A stretch of 64,000 nucleotides of DNA, taken from assembly GCA_051294905.1 (NCBI GenBank), contig CM119381.1, forward strand, positions 24,986,001-25,050,000, in the 5' to 3' direction. The stretch comes from Botryllus schlosseri. Taxonomy: Eukaryota. Under the pieces are notes generated by a model, which was given only the letters and a program-made list of their open reading frames with translations, was not told where the DNA came from and did no database searches. The position numbers and the translations under genes are program-made. Positions 10,101 to 19,111 of this stretch are shown here, piece after piece. How positions within the stretch are numbered: position 1 is the stretch's first letter; each line of letters opens with the position of its first letter.

Positions 10101-12806
10101 GGAAGCCGATTACGTTCAACATTTTTGCGAACCGCAGAATAAGACAACCGACCCCCACGTTTGGAACCACTAACTTTAAATAAAGCATTTAAACGACCTT
10201 AGCCATCTCTAGGAATATACTGTTCTCCTATAATTGCGATTAAAATTAGGCTTATTATTTCAGTAAATGATGGTTATTTATATTAAATTGCAGTTTTTGT
10301 GAGGGTGATAGTCCCCGTATTAAAAACAATAAACGTTATAGTAAATCGCGCGCAGCGCGAAGAAAAATATCAAGTAGCATATATATTCCCAAAAATAATT
10401 ATGTTATTATGTTGATTTACGGAAACATTATGAGAATATGACAAGCCTTAAAAATTCCGGACATTTGGGCATATTTTAAAAATTAGTGAAATTCCGGACG
10501 TATGGCAACCCTAGCCTACGGACAATTACCACCCGATATTATCGACGTATATCGATATGGGATGGTTGGAACCCTCAAGGTTGTCGATTCAACAGCAGTA
10601 GTACAGATATTTCGTCAAAGGAGTTATATTTACCCTATATTTTCAATTGTCAATATCAATCCACCATGACGTCACAAATGAATATTCGTGACGTCTTGGC
10701 TATAAAAAAAATTTAAAACAAACATGTTTTAAACAAGGGCCTTGTTTGAAACATGTTTGTTTTAAATTGATTTTTGTTTTCAATGCAACCCTAGTCGCTT
10801 AACTACACGTAGTCTCCGTAGCTTTCACATATAACGTGTCCGAAACGAGTTGTAGACAAAGCTGTTTTGTACAACACTTGTACACTTGTGATGCATAGGC
10901 CTACGCCCTAAGGATACCATTAACTCTCTGATACACCACCATACAGTTTACAAACTTTTAGATCAATCAAAAATTCGATGTGTTATTTCTCAAATTGATG
11001 GACAAGTATTCAACTTCTTGGAATTTGGAATTGAGATGTAAATTCTAATATATTTGGTCGACCGGTATAGGAAACTTTCCACGGACCGGTGGTTGAGAAC
11101 CACTAGGCCAGTCGTTCCCAACGTGGGTGATATCCCCCCCCCCCGTCCCCGACGGGCGATTTTGAGAAACATGTGGGCGAAAATGTTTGAACTCCTAGTG
11201 AGATATATTTGATTAACACGGTCAAAAAATGCACGTGAAGACGGCTTATTGTGCACATGACGCGAAAAAAAACGTCAACTCAATGGAAAGTAGACGCGGA
11301 AAACGATTTTCCGACCACCTAACACCTTGGCAAAGTGGCCCATTTTAAATAAATTCACCAGCGATCAGAGTTACGCGAATAAATTTCCCAATTATATACT
11401 TTCTTTTTCGGATTCGTGGTTATGGGGGGCGGAAATTCGTGTTGAGAGTGAAAAGGGGGCGATGAGCCGATAAAGGTTGGGAACCATTGCACTACGCTAA
11501 CGGATCAAAACTACGCAGTAACATGACACACCAACCGTAACGTTTTAACACTACTGTAAAACGAAAATCGTTTATTTAACCGATTTCCGCCATAGCGCAG
11601 GATGAAAATGAGATAGAGGTGGCTTTTTGGCACACAAATGTTCTTTCGCATCCATTCCAGTGTGTGAAAACAAGCCAAGTACACCAATTCTTATGAAGAT
11701 ATATACCAGGGGGGAGTGGATTCCGTTTTGTGTACCACCTCAAGATGGCTCAAAGAGGTGTGCACGCAAATAGCCCAGTACCTCCCTAAGGATTCGCGTG
11801 TTTGATTCGTATTCACCATTTGAAATATGTGTGAAAGGAAATTTCGTTACCAGAAAGTGCCGACAGCTCGATTTACACTACTCTATGATGGAAATCTGGT
11901 AGAGGCACTAATTTTCGGCCCACGTTTTCACAACATTACCTCCAATGCAGTCAGTTTCATGATCGCACATATATCTGTGTGGGAGATGACATCTCTTCTC
12001 CTGCTGTAGTTGGTAATTTCTGCAACTTATTCCGAGCCTTGCTTCTTCGTTCGGATCATATTCGAATTCGTCGCTCCTGTCGCTATAAAGATAAACATGC
12101 TTCCAATGTCAGGCTGTAATGTTGAACAGTGTGCTCACGGATCATCAAACTATAGGATGTATATTATATACATTGCAGCGTTGGGGGAGGGATGCATAAT
12201 ATGAACTCCAAATTTATCGCTGACGATATATATTGAAGACGGGTTTAAATTATACTTGTGTAGCAACTACCATAATAGTTGCATCGCTTTTGACATTACT
12301 ATAGAAAACGCGTCTGGCGAGATAGCGTAGTGGTATAATCCACAGTTGCAACACCAATGAATGGATTGCGGGTTCGTGTACGACTGAGGTCGACTCCAGA
12401 ATTCCTACCTAAGTGTTGGAGGTTTATCTAGGCGCCTCCTCGCCATCTCATCCGTGTAAGCGGTGTCATTTAAAAAGCCTAGAAGTGGGCCGTGCAGCTA
12501 CGGAATAAAAATAAAGAAAATTGGTCTGGTGTAAATGACCATAGTAGTCGACAAACACCATGAATACCTCAAAACAAACAAACAGATAGGAACCGCAATG
12601 GGTTTCTCACGTTTATTTAAATAGACTGATCGATATTTGTAAAAAAAATTGATAAAACGCCTGACCGAGCTGATTGTCATATTAGCAACGAACTTACGGA
12701 CAATCTGGCACACCGTTGCAATACGCCTCCCATCTATCGACGCACGTTATTCCGTCGTTGCATTCGAACACTAGTACTTTGGTAGTGTTACACGGCACTA
12801 CTGAAC
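996..12806 (-). CDS. Gene A: multi-exon LDLa-repeat (LDL receptor class A) protein, partial; join of 12806-12698, 12082-11940, 4118-3995, 3142-2973, 2907-2743, 1792-1693, 1102-996
   Basis: All seven exons have AG/GT boundaries and chain in frame (phases 1,2,1,2,1,1,2,1). Spliced peptide has repeated C..CDG..DC.D.SDE motifs (CNGVPDCPDRSDE, CDHETDCIGGLDEC, CDGVSNCDNGVDEC, CDGTIHCADLSDEC, CDYKIDCSDASDE). Exon-for-exon paralogous to gene B. 5' and 3' ends not found. Confidence 0.88.
1693..1792 (-). CDS. Gene A exon (GVDCECPGQIMCNLPETSSDTKVCLPSSYICDY)
   Basis: atttccag|GA...AA|gtaaat; phase 1-2; paralogue of 28646-28742. Confidence 0.85.
2743..2907 (-). CDS. Gene A exon (SFSNSKCFRCLDGSLIIPQKQLCDGTIHCADLSDECLC...CD)
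   Basis: ctcccag| ... G|gtgagc; phase 1-1; preceded by a 65-nt intron; paralogue of 28349-28519. Confidence 0.9.
2973..3142 (-). CDS. Gene A exon (SMPIGFQCPVTQQHESRNCVLPDHHVCDGVSNCDNGVDECFCDF...)
   Basis: gttcag| ... T|gtgagc; 170 nt, identical length to paralogous 27650-27819. Confidence 0.9.
3995..4118 (-). CDS. Gene A exon (GLDECDCGHTFKCLDGSCAVKASFCDSQEHCPDGSDEILYN)
   Basis: tttcttacag| acceptor; donor AG|gttcaa is weak but phase 2 matches the paralogue 26982-27102. Confidence 0.82.
4677..5023 (+). mobile_element. MITE family K (TIR tacggttaccata/tatggtaacccta, GTCCTC subterminal repeats)
   Basis: TIRs seen; flanking direct repeat aatttaatc; reverse-oriented relative at about 17560-17890. 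Confidence 0.75.
5620..8060 (-). mobile_element. Family A element (GAAGTA-rich ends), 3'-truncated, interrupted by 6027-7268
   Basis: Colinear with 30523-31802; the empty site aagtgtagtaatgcctct is seen there. Confidence 0.85.
6027..7268 (-). mobile_element. Internally deleted hAT element retaining transposase remnants
   Basis: TIR tagagcccgaccgat/atcggtcgggctcta, perfect TSD GTAGTAAT, CCGATA subterminal repeats; minus-strand DPLQW/WNRNEERFPILA..VP.T.VPSERL matches the hAT C-terminal dimerisation motif. Confidence 0.9.
8255..9228. mobile_element. hAT-type MITE (TIR caggggtcgccaac/gttggtgacccctg; GCGGGCCG repeats)
   Basis: Perfect TSD TTTTAAAC. Confidence 0.9.
8625..8909. mobile_element. CAGTGGTTCTCAA-type MITE nested in 8255-9228
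   Basis: TIRs cggtggttctcaaac/gtttgggaaccactg; TSD ccgtaagt/ccctaagc (6/8). Confidence 0.8.
9337..10513 (+). mobile_element. Family E element (TIR taaggttaccata/tatggcaacccta; TTCCGGAC repeats)
   Basis: Perfect TSD GCCTACGG; colinear with 61809-62948. Confidence 0.9.
11109..11489. mobile_element. CAGTGGTT-type MITE inserted at the end of another MITE
   Basis: TIRs cagtcgttcccaac/gttgggaaccattg; TSD cactaggc/cactacgc. Confidence 0.8.
11940..12082 (-). CDS. Gene A exon (DRSDEFEYDPNEEARLGISCRNYQLQQEKRCHLPHRYMCDHETDCIG)
   Basis: ctttatag| ... G|gtaatg; phase 2-1; CHLPHRY.CD.E.DCIGG shared with 23912-24057. Confidence 0.88.
12317..12584 (+). mobile_element. tRNA-derived SINE, near full length
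   Basis: A-box-like tagcgtagtgg, B-box-like ggttcgtgta, shared body, (AAAC)n tail. Confidence 0.8.
12698..12806 (-). CDS. Gene A exon (SVVPCNTTKVLVFECNDGITCVDRWEAYCNGVPDCP)
   Basis: ctatttttag| ... CC|gtaagt; phase 1-2; paralogue of 19006-19111. Confidence 0.88.
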
Positions 12807-12977
12807 CTAAAAATAGAAAACACAAGATGAGATGAAGATGAAGGAAAAATTTCTGCGAAATTTCAAATCCGCCTGAGAATATTTATTTTTGGATAATTTC
12901 GGAATCAGGAATCAGGGCCATTTTGTGAGATAAAAATATATTTCGCTTATATTTCGCAACCTAAATACATAGAGTGT

Positions 12978-13256
12978 CGAGATAGCGTGGTGTAGCGTAG
13001 CGGATAGTCCATATCAGCAACACTAATGGGTTGCGGGTTCGAGTCCGACCGAGATCGACTCTACAATTCCTACCTAAGTGTTGGAGGTTTATCTATGCTC
13101 CTCCTCGCCATCTCATCCGTTCAAACGGTATGTTACAAAAGCCTAGAAGCGGGCCGTGCTACAAGTCGCCAGCTACGGAATAAGAATGAAGAAAATTGGC
13201 CTGGTGTGAATGACCATAGTAGTCGACAAACCCCATGAATACCATAAACAACAACA
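12978..13256 (+). mobile_element. tRNA-derived SINE, near full length
   Basis: A-box-like tagcgtagcgg, B box GGTTCGAGTCC at 13036-13046, body matches 12317-12584, AAAC tail. Confidence 0.85.
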
Positions 13257-13671
13257 CGTGTAACTGTGTATCTGAGAAGCTAGCGTTGGGTCAATCCTAG
13301 AAATTATCATATATGTCAGCGATATATGACTGGGTGCCTCATGTGTCTTTTTATTGAGAACCAATATTGCAACGAAAAAGAAATGTATTAAATGTCTATG
13401 TACAAAAATTGTATGAACTAAGCCATTAATCGACTGCTGTAAGCTTCCTCAAGGGCAGGTTGCTGCAATAGCAGAACTCAATTCTACTTAAATATTGAAT
13501 ATCATTGATTGCACAAAATCGCCTCATCATTGAATCCTTCGGAACCATCTCAATTTACAGAATTATATCATTTATTAAGTTTGGTAGAAACCCACCTGTC
13601 CTAACGCACTGTATACTTTCTGGCCGACTCTTACTTTTGCCAAAACTTGCCAGACACGTCCGCGTAAAAAG

Positions 13672-14646
13672 TAGGGATGGTGTGAACCTCTGAAAGGTTC
13701 GGGTTCGTGTGAACGCGAACCTTTTTGAAAGGTTCTGTGTGAACGCGAACGTGAACCTCGTGACGTCATATTGCTAATTCCAACCCTACATTTCAGTGAA
13801 GTGATAGCCTTGCAATGCCTAGCGACGATTCGGGCCACATAATGCCACAATGCTGAAATTGATGTTTTACACGTCTACAGATGTATCAACTGGGGCAATC
13901 AATTGATATAATCATCCCAGAAAATCAATATCTTGCGTCGCTTTGCCACAATTTCGACGAGAACTTGCAAGGGAATATAAGCTTACGCCTTAACGGTCAA
14001 GGTCAGGCCAGACAATGTATTCGGCGTCCCGAGTATTGCTAAGTTGATATTGAGCAGAGTGTAAAACGGGTTTCCCTACTTGCTACCGATGTTACCCCTG
14101 TAACAAGTTATACAGCAGTAGCCAAGACCCCAATCCACGGAGTAGGTTTTTATGATACAATAAACATAGGAAATCGAGATTGACCCCGTACGCCTGCTAG
14201 ATTTTTTACATCAGACAACGATATTAATTTCATTGATTGGTTGGACAAGAGTCATTCGCTGACTACCTACATGTAGTGTTTCGCTTTTGATGTTGTGGGA
14301 TTGTGGGTCAGGCTCACAGCAGGGATGAGTCACTAAATATTCGCAAACGGAAAGCTGGATATTTCGAGCAAACAATTGTAACAAAGCAAGTAAAATGTTT
14401 GTGATTGTCAAGGTGCATGCTCGTTTAGTGTTGATTTTTATGCTGCCAGCGTCATGCATATACCGGGCCCGCTGTTGAAATGCAATAAATTTCAATCAAA
14501 GATGCTATAATGAAGTGACAATTGTAATATATGAAAAAGGTTCACAGTGCAGAACCTACCAAGGTTCGTTTGTGAACGCGAACCTCTAAATATCTAACGT
14601 TCACACACAGAACGCGAACGTGAACCTCGCGTTCACACCATCCCTA
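13672..14646 (+). mobile_element. Family B MITE (TIR tagggatggtgtgaac; GTGAAC repeats)
   Basis: Perfect TSD GTAAAAAG; colinear with 31905-32895. Confidence 0.92.
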
Positions 14647-16109
14647 GTAAAAAGCCATTCAGTTCATCAATCGAATGTTAGCCACTTTCGTATGTCAAAA
14701 GTATGAATGTAGATGAGCAACCTACCGTAGGATATTAATATATAGTTTGAGCCAGTAGTTGAGTGATAGTTAGGCTACTCTACGATGAAATACGTTGTAT
14801 AGCCAGCAAACATCGCAACGAATGCATGGTTTTCATTACGGATCTTACATAAGATTTGTTTCCATGGTGATCGTACTACTTCAATTTTTCTGAAAACCAT
14901 GTAGTTTCTCAAATCCTGCCCTAACTCCTAATGACGAAATCCACGTGTTATAATGACAGATCCTTTGCATTTCCCAGTGTAATTACAGATGCCAAACAAC
15001 AGAAAACATCAGCTCAATGTGCAATCTGAATAATCATAAATAGTTAGTTACCTGTTATTTCAAATCCACAGGAGAGTGTGATATACGTCAAGGTGAAAAC
15101 CTTCAGAAATATCATGGTCACGATGCTTTGACGATATATATGTCAACCATAACGAAAATACGATGTCATGATATCGATATTAACCTCAATTGAAATGGTT
15201 AAATATACGGAAGATATTATCGTACCTGTAAAAGATAAATCATTAAGCAAGTGCATGAAGATTTTGATCACATTCTGAATAGGAAAAGCTATCATGCACT
15301 TGGTATGTGCGAGGATAACGAAAAGATCGTTTGCGAATTCATCATGCAGGACTTATTTGTCTCTGCTGATCGGCAGACAATGCCCGAAACTAGATACCAG
15401 GGCAGAGATAAAGTCGTCATATAATACAACGCTAATAACTACGTAGTTAGGAGTAAAACAACATGCCGACACAAACGTCCCATTAAACATGCATTGATTT
15501 ATGCTTTGATTTCACCATATAAGAATTAAAAATAAAATTAATGAGGTACCGAAAGGCTGAAAAAAAACGGAATACATAATTTTGTATCGAATGTTCATTG
15601 TAATTGGTGCATCCACGAGAATTGGCATGCTTTCGAAAAGCTAATAAAATTGCCCTGCTATAATCACAATAGGACGTCTCAAATTAGAGATTTGAACACT
15701 CCCAACTCCTCGACGAAACATATTAATTTGGAACAATAGTTTGAATAACCCAGCTCGACAAAAGTATGATGAAGCCCCGGAAACTCCTACTTAGAGGTCC
15801 ATGCACGGTATCGTAATAACAACATGGGCAACCTACTCTATATAGAGCATACACGCACTAAATACCCTAGTAGAAATGTCGAACTCACTTACCCTTCCAG
15901 CAATCGATTCATCGATTTATCATGAAGATTCCAATATTTATTATTCATATTCCCTTTGAGTCCTGCTATAAGGCTCCCGCCCTCCACCATATAAATAACT
16001 CTTATCGGCCAACCTGACGAGCGACTATAGCGAAATCAGCATACTAGCGAAATAACGAACACGATTGTACCAGGAGAGAATTAATCGCAAAATGAAGCAT
16101 GAAAAATTT

Positions 16110-16176
16110 AATATCGGCCTGGTGTAAATAATCATAGTAGTCGACAAGCCCCATGAATACCACAAACAAACAAAAC
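16110..16176 (+). mobile_element. 5'-truncated SINE copy
   Basis: ggcctggtgtaaataatcatagtagtcgacaagccccatgaatac + AAAC tail. Confidence 0.75.
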
Positions 16177-17463
16177 TCTTACTCTTTTCAACGATATCTA
16201 TTCGACTGATTTAACGTTATATCTGGTTTAAGTAACATATTCCCAGACTAAATGGATGTTGACGAGATTTTCTACCCACACCGGAACAGTAAATAGTAAA
16301 CACACAACTGAGAAGTCTGGACCGCGACTGATAGTAATGATGAGCGTAAAGCATCGGAACATGTTCGATATCTTCTCTGCACTGATATACAATTGATCAC
16401 CGCGTTTCACGCAAAATGATTCGTTATCAATATGGTTGGTGTCGAGGCATTAAAATATATTAATACTAATTAATACTGGGCGCGGGTATCAGAATACAGG
16501 TTGGACACGAAATAAACGTTACTATAGGCCTGTAACTTGACACTTTGTGTGCTGTAGTGCTGTAAACCTTTAGTTGATCATATCAAAAAATATTAAAAAG
16601 AGCATCCAGAATGTTTGTCATCCCAATGTATTGTTTGGTGACATGGAAGGTGTCTTATGGCTGTTAAGACACTTCTCAAATAAGTGATTCGGATTATACG
16701 GATAACTACGAGCTGGAGGTAAATCGCGCGGGGCGCGAAAAGACTTTTCAGCTCAATATTTTGTTAAACATAATCATATGCAATGGTAGCACGTAGCACA
16801 TAGATATTTTAGCGATGTTGGTGACTAATCCGTATTACTCCACTTGAGCTTGCCTCAAACATACCTAACCATAAGCTAAATACAAAACCAAGGGCACAGC
16901 TACACGCATTGACCAGTAACACTTCATTCAGAGACATATTCTGATTAATGCAAGGTTCTGTAGCAGTCAATATTTAGCATCAGTGTCAGTATGTGGATGA
17001 CACGACGCAATTATGACATATAAAATCGATGTATAATAACGATTATTGCCATTGTTGAATCTCGGAAGTTTCAGCACAAATTAACTCATTCCGAGTTCAA
17101 GAAACACCATTTCTTTCGGGAGGCTTCGCGTTTCCCCGCGGTTGCTTTCGCGTCCCGACTGGGGGCGCGCCCTCAGTTTGAGAACCACTGCGTTAGATTT
17201 AAAATATCATAGATGGCCTGTAAAAGTCACGACAACTGAATAATGTTTACACTGTACAGCCTAAAAACGCGCGATGCGCGAAAATTATCTATAGTTCATG
17301 ATTGAATCGGTCAATATGATCGGGAATTGCAAATATATTGACTTCGAGCTCATCCGCTTAATTGGGGGTTTGGGGTGCGGCGGTCCTGCCCATAAGGGAG
17401 ATAGACTATTCGGCAAAGGCCATTTTCACACCAGGATATATCAACAAGGTCAAAGGTTTAGGC

Positions 17464-17890
17464 CAGGGGTGGCCAACATTTTCGCCGTTCACGGCCGCAT
17501 TTCGACTACTCATGTAACCTACGGCCGCATTCCTGGGCATGGTCGTATAATGATCTAGCTGGGCGCCAAAAGAGGACAATTTTTCAAAATTTCCACACTT
17601 GCAATACCGAAGGAAAGTCCTGATGAAAATGGTAAATTTTTACCCACTTCGTGGTCGGTTGACTAAATAAAAGGTCACTTTTCGCCTCATCTCCCGAAAT
17701 AGCCGCCGGGGCGTTACTTCAGTTACGATCTACTGTACCTCATTCGATTTTTAACACTATATTTAAACAAAATTCTCAAATAAGAAGACAAAATCTAAAA
17801 AAGATGACATTCGGGCGTCCTCCGAGGACACTTTAAAAAAAGTCATAAAATTGCGAAAATGCTGGTCACCGAAAGGGCGGGCACCTGAAT
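17464..17890. mobile_element. Family F 5' fragment (caggggtggccaac) abutting a reverse family K relic
   Basis: Similarity to 19194- and to 4677-5023 (reverse complement). Confidence 0.7.
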
Positions 17891-17954
17891 GGCGACGCCG
17901 AACAGTCTCACGCCCGCAGGCTGCACATGCACATCCACGGATTAAATCATCCAA

Positions 17955-18203
17955 CAGCCACAAACGATATTCTGAAAAACTCGCCACTCCTTTTTTTATT
18001 TACAATGACCGACGTATGGTTTAATGTCTTTCCGTAAATTCCACAATTGAAAAATATATGCGCGGGGCCTACGATAACTACGGCCAGAAACGATATTCTG
18101 AAAATCTTGCCACTCCTTTATTACTTACAATGACCGACGTATGGTTTAATGCCTTTCCGTAAAATTCACAATTAGAAAATATATACGCGGGGCCTACGAT
18201 AAC
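17955..18203 (+). repeat. Two-copy tandem duplication, unit about 126 bp
   Basis: acgatattctgaaaa...gcggggcctacgataact occurs at about 17964 and 18090. Confidence 0.9.
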
Positions 18204-18375
18204 TTAGTAGTAACGCGTATATTTTGTAGCGGGAAGAATACAATTTGCTTGCCGAATAAATCGGCATACCTCAAGGTCATTTATGAAATAATTTTGGGCT
18301 CAATGGGGTTTTCGGGTGCGAATGCTACGGCTCTAGCGTGGCAGTTATGAGTGTTTTAGAAATGAAAGTGTCCAG

Positions 18376-18425
18376 TTGCAGAGACGTTGGTGATCTAGCA
18401 TTTTTATTGTACAATCTTGGGACAA
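18376..18425 (+). CDS. Candidate upstream exon of gene B (CRDVGDLAFLLYNLGT)
   Basis: gtccag| ... A|gtaatt gives the phase-1 end needed by exon 19006; weak polypyrimidine tract; no domain support. Confidence 0.3.
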
Positions 18426-19005
18426 GTAATTGTTTTGTGCTAAGTAATGTACAATGGGTGGTCAACTGATCATATATCTAATTCTCACGCGTAAAATGTT
18501 GATTTGTACTATAATTGGTAGATAGATAAAACAATTTATCAATGTCCAATTGTCCATGTGGCATATACGGCTGCAAACGTGCACCTCAGACATCGATCGA
18601 TTTACTATGAACAAAAATCATGGAACTATGTTTGGAATTACGAATATTCTCACGTGAAACACGATTTGCCTGACTGTAGTTACATTTCAACCATCATTCA
18701 GGATCAATTCAGTCTGGCACGATTTATTTGGAGATTCCAGCATTACATTATAGTCGCCTAGGATTTGTCTGAGGTTTAGCAACTCTAAACGATGTGGACT
18801 ATAGTCGCATTAACGTTCGCGTTGTGTTCTGGACATACAAAGAGTCAAAGTAGGAATATTTTTCGTTTTTTATTAGTGATTGATTGATTGCGGGGCTGTT
18901 GCTCTAAACTTGGTGACTATACATAGACTATATATAGAATACGTGTGGTCCATCTATCCTACCGACTAAGCCAACAAAGATGCTTAAAATGCTTATATCT
19001 TGCAG

Positions 19006-19111
19006 TACTTCCTTGTAACTCGACGGAAAGGTTCCTATTTCATTGCAACGACAACAATACCTGTATAGACAAATTCGGATCATTCTGCAATGGCAATGAT
19101 GCCCTCTGCCC
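19006..19111 (+). CDS. Gene B exon (LPCNSTERFLFHCNDNNTCIDKFGSFCNGNDALCP)
   Basis: tcttgcag| ... CC|gtgagt; phase 1-2. Confidence 0.88.

Larger units (their letters stand above)
8195..10793. mobile_element. hAT-type MITE family H (TIR tagggttgcatt/aatgcaacccta; AAACATGTTT repeats), host of three nested elements
   Basis: Perfect TSD GTCGCTTA. Confidence 0.9.

Noticed and set aside
12978-13060. tRNA gene
   Set aside because: A/B boxes are present but I could not build a cloverleaf, and the head continues into a dispersed SINE body with an AAAC tail.
14211-14495. Similar minus ORFs here and at 32472-32744 as a gene family
   Set aside because: Both are the same internal part of the family B MITE; the frames diverge between copies.
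15990-15997. TATA box for gene B
   Set aside because: TATAAATA is common in AT-rich DNA and no TSS or first exon anchors it.
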